Source: Rhodosorus marinus CCMP1338
Taxonomy: Eukaryota; Plantae; Rhodophyta
Length of the DNA stretch: 64,000 nucleotides
Assembly (NCBI GenBank): GCA_029953675.1
Contig: JAMWBK010000006.1
Coordinates: 558,001-622,000 of the forward strand
Direction: 5' to 3'
The notes under the pieces are model-generated. The model saw only the letters and a list, made by a program, of their open reading frames with translations, searched no databases and had not been told where the DNA came from. This document shows positions 23,834-35,961 of this stretch, piece by piece (within the stretch, counting starts at the first letter, position 1; every line of letters starts with the position of its first letter). A program made the position numbers and the translations under genes.

Positions 23834-25313
23834 CCTTCAAAGCAGAAGGCGTAGCTTCCCCGAAGTATCTACCAGCGATGCTGAGCAGTGGATAGCTTAT
23901 CTACTGGAAGCCGAACGTCCTTGCCCGATAGATGGGTCGCGCCCACCAGGGGTTTTCCTCACATTTATTGAGATCCCGGAGTAGACGCTACAATTCGTCC
24001 AGTAACAGATTTTTCGTGCAAGGCTCATCTCCCCGACCACCCAAACCGGAGCGCACTTCGCACTGCCGCGCTGCTAAAAAAAGGTTCGCCCAGAGAGTCT
24101 GGAGATGGCATTGGTTAACCACGCTGCGGCAAGTTCAATAAAAACGGAACAAAAAATCCCGTTCCCGGTCCACCCCCCTTCTCAAACAAAGCGCAAATAT
24201 CCAAGGTTACTCCATAAGGGTTAAAACCCCTCGAAGACAAAGCATCCAACTCACCATATTCCACTAAAAAGTTTCAAACATTACAAATTTTCAATCTATA
24301 AGGGGTTACGGTTCTCGTCTTCTGATTTTCATTGAAGGATGAGAGAGGGTGGGGGAAATCAATCTCATATTTCGATCGATCTACAAATCATTGCCTTTTG
24401 CTTTGGTTTTTATTGCTTAGACGATACTTAACAGGATGTCCCAAATGAAAGGAAAAACCAGACCGATAAGTATCCTGAAAAAAAAAACATGGTCCGTCCC
24501 ATGAGCTTGGATCGCGGGCTACTCATCAGCGTTTACACTGATTAGGAAATGATGCTTTTCTATTAACAAGGTTCGAACCGGATCTATATACGGAGCTTCT
24601 ACTGCGGAATCGACGGTCGGACCTGAAGGAACGTCAGGTGTCAGGCCCAGATGGTCGAATCGGGAAGCAAAGAGACCGGCGGGTCTGACACGAACGAACA
24701 AGGCTTGCCTTGCTACCTCAGGACTGCTCTTTTAAGGACACGAATTTGTTCGATTTGGGGCTGGAGTTGAGGGTACCGCCGTGGCGGCCTTACTAATAAG
24801 GATTGCAAGGATTGGAACACAACTGCAGTCAATATTTCCAGCGCTCACCTACAGTCGATCAATATTCCCCAAGTTTTATTGGTCATCGGGGGACGGTGAC
24901 CCCTGACCTCCCTCCCACACCCGCGAATGACGCTTCTAGGCTGTTAACGAGAGAAAGGGTGGAGTGTCTCTCAACTGCTTACGATGGACGGAACCAAGTG
25001 GATTTCTTGCTTTGCCATTTGGATTGTTTGGTATTTTTATCGGTGTTCATGATATTACGGATCAGTGCCCCGTCTCCTCCGTTTCGGGGTTGCATCCATT
25101 TTGAAATTAGTAATTGACGATACCTACTGGATACCTCCCGAAAAATTTGGATCATTTTCGCGTTGACCGCAGGGCTTGTTTCTTATTGCCTAGCAATGGA
25201 TCGCCCCAAGAGGATTGTGCCCCAAAATGTGCCCCTATATATTGGCGAGGACCCATCGAATTTTAGTATTATAATCGGCGATGGGTTGAAGCTTAGGCGA
25301 GAGGGGGGCACGT

Positions 25314-25344
25314 CCATGCCCCATGCCCCATGCCCCATGCCCCA
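25314..25344. repeat. (CCATGCC)4 heptamer microsatellite; minus strand is a G-quadruplex motif
   Basis: Four exact ccatgcc units plus cca; reverse complement is TGGGGCATGGGGCATGGGGCATGGGGCATGG with four G4 tracts. Confidence 0.95.
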
Positions 25345-25364
25345 CTCTCTCTCTTACCGACAAT

Positions 25365-25611
25365 AGTTACAATAGTATTAACTATTGTCCACAAGAAGAA
25401 AAATAAATTGGAAAATTCTTCGATGAGAATCAGTTCGATATAACTTTCTGCACGATTCTATGTTTATTTCAATAAGAAATAAACATAGAATCGTGCAGAA
25501 AGTTACAATAGTATTAACTATTGTCCACAAGAAGAAAAATAAATTGGAAAATTCTTCGATGAGAATCAGTTCGATAAAACTTTCTGCACGATTCTATGTT
25601 TATTTCTTATT
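25365..25611. repeat. 106-bp direct repeat pair separated by an inverted segment (perfect 30-bp hairpin)
   Basis: Copies 25365-25470 and 25501-25606 differ at one base (25441 T vs 25577 A). 25441-25470 and 25476-25505 are exact reverse complements around the spacer aataa. Confidence 0.97.
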
Positions 25612-26435
25612 TCGAAAGAGTTTTTCGGTTGCACTCGAATGTATGGAATGTAGGTCATGTTTTCCGTTTATTTTAGGAAGGAAACTCTTTCTCGGAAATT
25701 TTAGCTTTTTGGGGGGGGGGAAGGGAAGTGTTCTGCCTTAGTGTGGAGGGGTGGATTAGGTCGTATCGATGTCTAAATGGGCAGGCGAGTTGCCCACTTC
25801 TTCCAGGGAGGAGAGGGGCTTAATATGTGTATTTTTTCTTCTTCTTGTGAACACCGAGTTGATAGGGTGACAGCCGCGATCAATGCGCATGTGAGGTATT
25901 GATTGATCTCTCCTTCCGACTTAGGTTGAGTTCGGGCACCCACACTCTGTCGTGGCGAGACTGGTTTGTGGACCTGATTTTGTTGAGTTGATTGCATCGT
26001 ATTACCATTTAATGCCCTTTGATCTGTTTCAACAAGTTTGTGCTAGGTGTGTGCCAACAAAGCATGTGGCAGTGATGGAGTCCCGCCTTTTTCCGGTCTC
26101 AAGGAGCGCTCGCTTGTTTTTGAAGATCCTCTGCGGTGTTGAATATTTCAATAGGTGTTGCTCGGGGGTCCCCAGTTCGTTTTCAGCCAGCTAGTGTTTT
26201 CTAAAACGCACTAATTCTCAAGCGCTTCGCTGCAGTTTCAAGCATCGTGCTTGTAGTATGCTTGGAGGAATTTCAGAACTCCAGCTTCGATGTTGCCGAG
26301 CGTCGTTGTGGTCCGTGAGGACGAGCATTCAAAGCTTCCTCTACTCGCACGTTGTCCATTCACAGCTATTGTTTTGGGCACGTGCAGCAGATGTTTTCTA
26401 GTTGCCTTTTGATCTTTTGGTTGACCAATTCCCGC

Positions 26436-27511
26436 TCAGATTGGTGAGGATGACTCTTTGTACTGTCGACGTGCTTGTTCCACGGACTTCTTGAACACTG
26501 GAGGAAAATCCATCACTGTCTTCGGGTTGGACTGGATCCAGTCCACATGGAAACTCTCGAAAATGTCCGAGTAGATTTCGTTGAGTCGCTGGAATTGCGT
26601 CTCACGATCGAGCCCGTAGAGCTGGTTATCAAACAACCTGTCCTTGACCATCGATGTAACGTGAGAGGTAATGTTGATACCTGTACATGCCCAAGGATGC
26701 CTGTCCAACAGAAGCGGCCTGCTTAGATATCCGACCTGAGGTTGCTATGAATCAAGTTGCTCGGAGGCGAACCATTTCTCAGCATTGCCGAGGTCTTCCA
26801 ACTGCTGACGTACTGCCCCAGTCCTTGTCGAGGAGAAGTATAGCAGTTGATTCAGAGCATGGACGCCCCCGCCGCGAAAGTCTGATGCAGGGTCTTTACC
26901 CTGGAATCCAATTCTGTTCCACTCTCGAGATATTCTTCCCCCTTCTCGAGGCCGGCTGTCTGTCGCCAAGTTCCACAACTGACAAGTAATTCGAACCGAT
27001 GAGATGATTGTGGAATCTATCCACCCGGGGAGTGGGCAAGTTTGTGTTCAACCAAACCTACCTCCTCCAGTTTAGCCTCATGAGCTGGATTTTCAGAGCT
27101 GTATGGCTCGCTTTGTAATCTCTCAACATCTTGAATGAACCTTGTCACATCGCAAATATTGCCAACGTACGTGGATAGCCTTTGCGCACTGCAGAATTAC
27201 AAAAAAAGGGAACATGAGTCAACGACAGACGCACGGAATACAACCGCAAATCGTTTCTTGTAACTTTCGCGTGGTCTCGAGTACCCTTCTTCGTTGATTT
27301 GACTCAAAGCTTTAATTCTCTTGATCTCCTCGACGGCACTGGAAGTTTGAGGATTGCCTGTGATCATCGTTTTGAAGACGCCATCGAGCTTTTTGGAACG
27401 CTCAAGACTGTGACGCAGTCTGCGCGTGCCTTCAACACCACCGACATGCTCAAGGAGAACAATCCTCTCCACTTCCGACTTCCCAGTGACAATGTGCACA
27501 AACTGCTTCAT
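26436..27511 (-). CDS. ELMO-domain protein (ELMOD-like Arf-family GAP) paralog B; further 5' exons likely
   Basis: MKQFVHIVTGKSEVERI (ELMOD-like N-terminus), LWNL..WNRIGFQGKDPASDFRGGGVHALNQLLYF, HPWACTGINIT..LNEIYSDIFESFHVDW..MDF. Confidence 0.85.
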
Positions 27512-28731
27512 GAATCTCCAAGCGATGAGAACTATTTGCTCCTAACATCGATGAGAAAAGAACCATTTTAAGGGCCAAGTCGCAGCTCACTATCGCCTTT
27601 TTACCAGATACTCACCCACCAAGGCCTCTGACCTCCCATCAGTACTCACGTCAGACCACTACCTGCAACAGCTCACACTGGAGCTTCTGCGGCTTCTTGC
27701 AACTCTAGTTCTAACGAAACAATACGATTCACCAAAAGAGTTACTCCAAATTGTCAAGGGCATGGCCACGGGTTCGCACTTGACCACACTGTTGAAACCA
27801 ATCCGCCAAATCTCTACTCAGGATTCCGTTGACGACCAAGGCGTGCCCCAGCCGTTAAAACGTTGTTGGGTGCTGTCCATTGACAGGTCTCAATATGCAC
27901 TGGGCTGCTGGCCGGTACTACTCGCTTGGTCGAGTAGAATTTGCTCGCGCCAACCATGCCTATTCCAGGAACCTCGAAAAGGCCGAGGAGAGCGTAGTTG
28001 CTAGATCTTAGCATTAACCTATTGCAAGTCCATCCTAAACATTCTTCGTTTCTACCTGTTGCAATGGCAATGACAAACGAAGGGTGTGATCGGATGTGAT
28101 TTTCTACATGAGAATCACTCTAGTTTAGTTCACAAACGTTCACATTCAAAGAAACTGAGGCTTCTTCTTCAACATACCAATCTTCTTCGGCCCCAAAAAT
28201 CCATCCGCCTGGGGAATACCGCCCAATACGCTTCGACAAAGCTAACGCGGGAACGAAATCCATTCGTTCCCGACGTATCTCGAGGCAAGAAAGAAAGTAC
28301 ATAATTCGCTAAACAATGGTCGCACGTTATTGTTTTGGGAAAATACTAAACGGAAATCAACGCATTTCCACAAAAGAAGCTTATAATTGGGTAAGCAAAG
28401 CTGTTAATATTGCGGGAACTGTCCTAATTCGTCTGAAGGGCGAATAAAATTGAATAAGATTCATTAGTTCGCTAATTGTTGTGCTTATGATTTCTCTCGA
28501 CTGTCCATTGGATATAAATAATGTGTATATTGGAAATAATATGACCGGCTTTGACTAGCGTCTAAGCGATGGTGTGGATATGGGTCTTGTCTTTACTGGA
28601 CGAAGGGGGAGGGAAAGGTTAACCTGACAACACTGGATCGATGAGGACTATGGTGCTGCCGTCAAGACTATCTACTGCCTGGGAGTAGAGTGTAGAACTG
28701 AGACTTTAAAGTTCGGTGATCAAGAGGCGGC

Positions 28732-30209
28732 ATGGGAATTCGTGGGCTGACGAAACTGTTGGCCGACAACGCGGCAAGATGTCGTAGTGATCAGGAGCTG
28801 AAGTCCTTTTTTGGGAGGAGGATCGCCATCGATGCGAGCATGAACATATATCAGTTTCTGGTGGCTGTTAGACAGGGAAGTGATAACCTGACCAACGAAG
28901 CTGGGGAAATCACGAGTCACCTAAGCGGCTTGTTCTACCGAACGATCAAGCTCATGGAGGTCGGCGTGAAGCCCTGTTATGTTTTCGACGGAAAACCGCC
29001 GAAGATGAAGAGCGGTGAACTGCAAAAACGCATTGATGCTAAGAAGCTCGCGCAACAGGAGGCTAAGAAGGCTGAGGAAACGGGAGACGTGGAGGCGTTT
29101 GAGAAATACAGCCGCAGAATAAACAAAGTAACACCGGAAGTTATTCAACAGTGCAAGACCCTCCTCAAGTTGATGGGTGTACCGGTGATTGAAGCGCCGT
29201 AAGCTTAAGACGGCCATTCAAGCACCTCATGATCTGTTCGAAGCCAGCTCAAAATATTGATTTCTGTTTACTAGGTGCGAAGCAGAGGCTCAGTGTGCTT
29301 CGATGTGCAAGGGAGGTTTGGTGTATGCCACCGCCTCCGAGGACATGGATTCACTGACGTTCGGTACGACAAGGCTCGTTCGACGGTTGTGGTCCGGAGC
29401 AACCGCAACCAATGAGAAGAAAGGTATCCGTCCTATGGAGTTCAATTTGCCGATCGCTTTGGAGGTAAGACTTCTAGAGTCCAGCTTTGGAGACCGATTG
29501 GATTTTGATTCAGGTTAAAACCCCAGAACTAATTGTGAATTCTGAATAGGAGCTACAAATGGACCATTCAACGTTTATAGATCTGTGCATGTTGTGCGGA
29601 TGCGACTACATGGATTCCATAAAAGGAGTTGGGCCAACCACAGCTCTTAACCTAATGAGAAAGCACGGTTCGATTGAGAGCGTTTTCAAGGCTTTAAGAA
29701 AAGAGGGGAAACATGTCGTGCCAGAAGTCGACCTGAGCGAAATTCGACAGTTGTTTGTCAAGCCCGAGGTTCTGAGCAATTCGGAGGTAAGCATGAGCAG
29801 AGTGGATTCAGAGCTCAAACCTTTCATCTCAAAGCAGGCTCGTCACTTACCAAAACCTGTTACTACGCTTTGTTTCCGCCTATCCAGATCAACCTGCAAT
29901 GGACGTCCCCAGACGAGGCTGGACTCATAGACTTCCTGGTCAAGCAGAACTCGTTTAGAGAAGACACCATACGGAGTGGGATCAAACGCATGTTGTCTTC
30001 GAGGAATGCAGCTTCTCAAGCGCGTCTGGATACATTCTTCAAGAAGAAGCCTACGGCAGCGAAGAGAAAGGTAAGCTGATCATGGCATGAACATTGCGAA
30101 TGGAGTCCAAACTAATGATCGCGAGGGATCCGTGTTTGGTTTTCCAAATCAGGTGGACGAAGATGATACGGTTTCCTCAAAGAAAGGGAAACTGAGTCAT
30201 GCGATGTAG
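28732..30209 (+). CDS. FEN1: Flap endonuclease 1; exons 28732-29198, 29275-29464, 29550-29786, 29888-30070, 30153-30209
   Basis: [76 protein letters not shown] and PIP box QARLDTFF. Confidence 0.97.
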
Positions 30210-30476
30210 TGGCCAGCAGGCTGGTTAAGAACATCTTCTTAACGATCATTTGTCAACAAGGATTTAGGGTGATTTGAATGGAGACCTTTGCTTTGCGGTA
30301 TATCTCGATTTTTCTTCTCATGAAGGTGTAAAGGGCGGAAGCGTTTTGCCCTGGTATTCTATACTTCATATGTTTTTCGCTCGCATAGAGCAATGAGGAG
30401 AAAGTAGCCATGTTTTTACAAAAGTTCTGAGGCAGCGCGACCAGAACAAGACGCCCTCGTTCTATATCTTCAACTC

Positions 30477-31175
30477 CTACGCCAGGATTTCGATGAGAAG
30501 CTCTTCGAGAACTTCTCCAACCCGGGGATCAACTATACCTTTGATGAGAGTCGCCACTCGTTGGTCACTGAGCGCCCAGCCCTGTGCATAAATAAGTGAG
30601 CTGAGGGTCGGGCCAACTGTCGTTTCCAGGGTCTCCTCAAGTTTTTGTTTGTCGGACTGTGTTCCCTTGTTTGTCGCGCCTTGTGGTTCTTGTATCTTTT
30701 TCGTCTTCATCTGCACCCGTTCCGCCTTCTCAGCTGTTCCAGTCAAGATAACAGAACCGTTACACGCACTTTTAGGTACTTCGCAACGGCTCCGCTACTA
30801 ACCCTTGTATGAAACCAGGTTTTAACGCTGAGATTTGAAAGAATTTTAAGCTTACCTTCATTCGCAGTAGTCGCAGATTTCTTCCTCGCCATAGCTGAAT
30901 CAAATCCGGCAAACCAGACAAGAAAACGCAATCCCCGGTGTCAGCAAGAGCTTACCTAAGGCAGCGGCTGTGAAAAAGCCCCGCGGTTTCAAAACCACGT
31001 GTTGTTTTTCTTTTCTCATACCTTCGAGACCGGACAAAACTTCCCTCCGAAACCTCACCAATCCACGCTGCTTGGACCTCACGATCATAAACAGCATCAA
31101 ATCAATCGCAGTCATAGATACCACGATCGATATGATCGCAAGCATCACTACTGATGGGCCTTTCCTGGTTTCCAT
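30477..31175 (-). CDS. Hypothetical single-pass membrane protein, about 3 exons
   Basis: METRKGPS followed by hydrophobic VVMLAIISIVVSMTAIDLMLFMIV and basic residues; downstream ORF segments 30743-30931 and 30477-30746 with gtaagc donors. Confidence 0.55.
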
Positions 31176-31853
31176 GGCGGTCCACCGTCTTCTCCAGCAA
31201 AAAAAAAAAACCAAACCAAGAAATCGTCCGAACTACCTAACGATCAGAAATTTTACCCGCAGTAAAGAGAAATCAAGCCCACCTGGTCTCCACCCTTACC
31301 CCCTCTCCCTCCGTATGCGGAACTAAGAACTCCCGTCACAACGCAAATCGTCCCAAATCGAATCCCTCTTCTTTTCCTCTTCGCCATCAAAACGTTCAAA
31401 CACTTCTCAACAGCAGATACTCGAATCCAGAAAAAAAAACAAAAACTAAAGACATACCGCTAAATAAATTATATTATATAAATAACTATTTATTGAATTA
31501 CCAACTATATTAGTACTCCCATATTATTTTTAATAATAAGAGATTAATATATTAATAATAATATATATTTTAAAGTATCAATCATTATGTTAGAGATTTA
31601 CTTTATATTTCTATTGAATTAATTATTGAAATGAAAATGGTTTTTAGGTTTTAATAATTATTTAAGACGGTTTGATGATGATTTTTTGTCCTCAGGATAC
31701 GCTTCTCGTTGGATGTGCTTATCCAGACGTCGCACCGTAGCCTTCTTTTCTCTTCGATCTCCTTGCGTCTAACTAAATTGACGTGTGAGTAGTCCTCTAC
31801 GTTCCCCTCCCCCCCCGGCGCCTCTCTGTTGCATCGTGGGACTAGGTCACAAT

Positions 31854-32113
31854 GCATGTGGATGCACAATATGATAGTGCGCACTTGGTTGAGTACGTCC
31901 CTGGAAAAACGCAAATGCGGTTAGCATGAGTAGTGCCCAATACTTGTACTTCCACCTGACTAGTCGTGAGCCCCATGGCAAGCCCAAGATTGCCTTCGCG
32001 TAATTGAGTGCGGGTTTTATGCATAGCAGTTTCCTCAGCTGTTCGGGATGTTGCTTTGCAAAATGTAGGCACGTGGAGGCACAATACGATAGTGGTAATT
32101 GGTTGTGTACGTC
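31854..32113. repeat. Diverged ~46-bp direct repeat (31854-31899 and 32069-32113)
   Basis: 38 of 46 positions match by manual alignment; the + frame gives HVDAQYDS vs HVEAQYDS; both copies end in gtacgtc. Confidence 0.7.
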
Positions 32114-32723
32114 GCGGTAAAAAAGCGAACCAGCGAACTCTTCTGCATCCAGAGTTTTTTGCGGGCCCTCCACAGTGCAGGGATTCATAGGCCTACTCCA
32201 TGTAGACGAGGGCAAAATGTCTCTTGCTGTGCAAAGCGAACCTGCAGTCCTCTGTGTTTGGCTACCATCCAAATAACGCAGCGTCGTGTGGCCGCTAAAA
32301 CTCCCATAGAAACGTTTGAAGCGGATCACCACGTCCGTGACATTCAAAAATGTATGGCGCTGGGATGACCGGATAACCTCCGGTAGTTGATGTTCTTAGG
32401 CTACGATCGCTTTTGGGTTGACGAATCGTTGAGAAGCGGGTCAGCTTCCGTCTACTCTTGGCATTCCAAATCTCCACCTTTCCCCGACGCTATCCAAAAC
32501 TCATCAACATCGAATCCCATGCGAACAACTCCCATAAGAGCCTCATGAACACCGACAACGTAGTCCTCTTCCAGTTTTGATTTATTGCTCGCGACCGTGC
32601 ATGGTCCATCAAAATTTCCATTTCGTGTTCTACAATAATGAATATTTGTCTTCATGTCATCGATTCTCTCCTGGATATACTTAGAACACTAGTTAGAACT
32701 CAACGGTCATTTGCTGCTCACTC

Positions 32724-35700
32724 TCAATCCGAAAGAACAATCACGTCGTCCTCCATTGTATAGTTGCGCATCGAGCTGTTAGTGTACGTGCTGCTGTTGT
32801 TGTTCTGGTCGTAAATAATGTCTTGTTCGGGTACCCCACTCAGCCCCAGAAGGCCACCAGCCACATCTGGTAACACAGACCTCTGGGCCACCAAAGTGCT
32901 GGGATAGTAATTCCCCATGTAATTAGAGGTCTGTCCGTCCGTTGCCGACGAGTCACCGTTCCATTGCTCATACGCCGATGGCCACTCAGTCTCCCCCCCA
33001 CGCTCGACTGAGTCGTCATCTCCCGTCAAATCGATGATTGTCCCACTGAGATCCGGAAGCGGTTCAATTTTCGCTCGCACTTCGGGCAAGCCGACCTCCT
33101 CTTCGTGAGACGGTTGCCCAATTGATTTCTCTGCCGTTCTTGAGACTGTTTTTTTTTCTTCTGGGAGACGGAGCTTCGCTTCAGATGTTACTTCCAGGTC
33201 CACTGTGTCCGGAAACCTTTGGAGGGCCTCCTTGAAGAAAGGAGAGATAATCAAATCCTTCAAGTTTGCTGTTCTCTGATTGCAAACGGGGCACTGCGAA
33301 AGAGACTCAGTTGGTTAAATCTCCACTTCAGAAGAACATAGGCGGTGACCTGTACTACTGGATCTGGATCCCCCTTACTTCAAATTTCTGACTCTTCCTC
33401 GAGTACTCTAAATAGTTCTTAAGGTCAAAGCATTGAATGTGCTGGCATTTCTCTCCTATCACCGGAACGTCAATCCTTGTGAAAGCCAGTGGACAGCGCA
33501 GCGATATTTTCAAGGAGCTAGAGAGGAGCAGGACGAAAAGGTTCATAATTTTCAGTACAGGGCTATGCACTTGTTCATGTCATTCTCAGCTACTCAGCAA
33601 GGTTCGAGTGCACTTACTCCGTGACCACTCCTTCTGCATTCATGAAGGACTTAACATCCCTCTCCTGGACTTGGACTTCTGTCAGACCTGGCTCTGCGTT
33701 AGCATTTAGCCGGTCATTCCAAAACTTTTCCGTTGCCTTTTTGACTTCCTGTACAACCAAGTCAGTCGTCTTCACCAGTACCTATCATCGCAAGCTTCGC
33801 TCAGATTGTGACTCCAAAACGCAATCGCTTAGTTTCTCCTGAACCGAATATATCTGGATCTTACCCGCTGGGCGAACAATAGATATGCCTTGACAGGTCC
33901 GGACGATGGTGTCGCTTTTCCGTACCTTTTCAGGATAACTAGGTTCATGTTGGTATTTTCACTGTAAACTGATGATTGTGTCCGCAGATACTCCTGAATA
34001 TTTGTTGCCATGTCAACTCCAGCCAGTTTTCCGTTCGTGTAACGCCGTGCCTGTGCGAAGAGTAGGGTCGTTCCAGATGAGATGTACATCAGATTGGATG
34101 CACGTGGGGATGGGCTAGTTACTCCATCTGCATGTCGTATGAAATACCTGGTCGAGGACAACGTGGAAACCATTGACTCTTGCAAGAACTGGAAAAGGCC
34201 ACTGCTGCGTCCATTCTGTCGGACTCTTCGTCACATCCACCTCAAGACATCTAAAGAGAATATTTGAAAGAATTGTCATTAAAAGAATGTTCGCTAACTG
34301 TGTACGGTACCCTACATTTCAGGGTAGGTGCAATCTCGTTCATGAACGTCAACAGGAAGGTCAGTCCTACCTGAGGTGTACTTGTGTCTCGTAACCATCG
34401 AAAGTGACAGGCTTCGGCGTAGGGAACGAAAATTGATAATCGGCTTCGGCGTGATCTGGTAGAAACCATAAACAGGCGCATCAGTCCCTCGATTCTCTAG
34501 GGAAACATATGCTGAAGACCTCGACGACAGTGCAAGCTTCCTCCTGGTCTTACCGAGGTGCGAGGAGAGCACAAAAGTGTACTTCGTTTTTCCCAAAGGG
34601 GGTCCGTGGTTCACGTAGAACGGACTCTCGGGATTGTTTGGGTTGAAATCAGCAATCCTCGAGTCGAAGGCGGATCCAAGCCCGGTACTGATAACTTTCT
34701 TTCGGTTAGGTTGCTTCGAGCCCCTTGTGAACCCAGCAGCCGAACGAGCTATCTCATCCTTGAGCCCGTTTCTCGGCGTGTACCTGCGGACATAGAGATA
34801 GGATAGTGTAAGCAACGCTGCATACGATTTTGCAAAACACCCATACTGCGGTATAGCGCAAGAATTTCGATGTAGCCTCACCTTTTCGGCCTTGAGTTTT
34901 CGTATATCGGCATGCTGTAAGTCTGCTGTTCATTGGAAGTAGTGTTCAACTCTGGCCCTCTGCTTTCAACGTGTTTTTCAGGCGAATTGTTCACTTTGTT
35001 GATGGCTGAATGCCCTCGAGTTCCCAGTTGCCGTGTACCCGGATGGGGATTGCCCGGGTTGTCCATGAAGTCCAGAATTCTACCAGATAGAGCTGCAAGC
35101 GTTAGCCGACAGCAAACGCTACCAAAACGATTGTACACTCGGGGAACTTACCGTTGTACTTGGTCTGATTTTCGTCCAGACACTGGTAAATCAAGCATCC
35201 TACACATTTCAGTTAGGTCTGCTTTCATAAGTCCGTTCAACCTCGATTCATGGACCGCCATTACTGACATATCCGCTGTGAGTCGGGAACACGCAATCGA
35301 GACCAAGGACATGAGCAAAAAGTCTTTGAGCAATCATTTCTCTGCAAGTATGCATTTGTCCCAAGCGCAAGGAACTTTGCGCGCAAGACCTACAGTAGCT
35401 GAATGTGGTGTGAAAACCGTCAAAGTTTAGCATAGTCCGGACTAACGGTGTCTTCAGTCGGAGCGACATGGTATCTATGTGAACTGCATTTTTCCCAAGT
35501 TTGTCCAGGCACAGTCTTGCGAAAAAGACCCTCGCAAGGTTGCTCAGATCCGATTCGACGAAAACAGATGGTGTGATACCAAGGTCAATTAACCTTTTAT
35601 ACTCGCTTCGCTGGGGAACATCTGCCCCACCGTCGCCTGACGATTCCCCTGGCAAGCCGCTCTCTTCATTTGCATTAGAGTTAGCTGAGCTGATGACGAT

Positions 35701-35961
35701 GGGAAAGTCAGCTAACTGTGAACTAGGATCAGGATCAGCGTTCGATACTCCGTTCGCTGTAGGAAGGGATAGAGCTAGCTGCACAGGTTGTCGGAGCGCG
35801 CCGTCTTCTCCTTCACTTGAAAGCCCTGCAGATGAGCCTTGAGTAAAGTTAGGTGTCGAAACCAACTGAGTGTCCCATATTCTACCTTCGGAGAAGTTCG
35901 ATGCCTCGGTCGAGGACCGAGGCCGCTTGGGGGGGTTTCCATTTGCGTGAGGATTGTACAT
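32724..35961 (-). CDS. SIZ1/PIAS-family SUMO E3 ligase (SAP + SP-RING/MIZ), multi-exon
   Basis: SAP-like LNGLMKADLTEMCRMLDLPVSGRKSDQVQR; SP-RING ISLRCPLAFTRIDVPVIGEKCQHIQCFD..FE/CPVC; SIM-like IIDLTGDD and C-terminal DDVIVLSD. Confidence 0.85.

Noticed and set aside
24500-25300. Long near-open frame with LPFGL (reverse-transcriptase-like)
   Set aside because: A single short word without NAP/YxDD motifs is too weak to call a retroelement.
25460-25741. 93-aa ORF across the duplicated block; CRISPR-like or MITE interpretation of the repeats
   Set aside because: The ORF arises from AT-rich duplicated DNA. There are only two repeat copies, no spacer series, no TSD or terminal inverted repeats, and the context is eukaryotic.
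27591-27610. U5 snRNA loop-1-like gcctttttacc
   Set aside because: Five U instead of four, only a 4-bp closing stem, no Sm site, and it lies in an ELMOD-B intron region.
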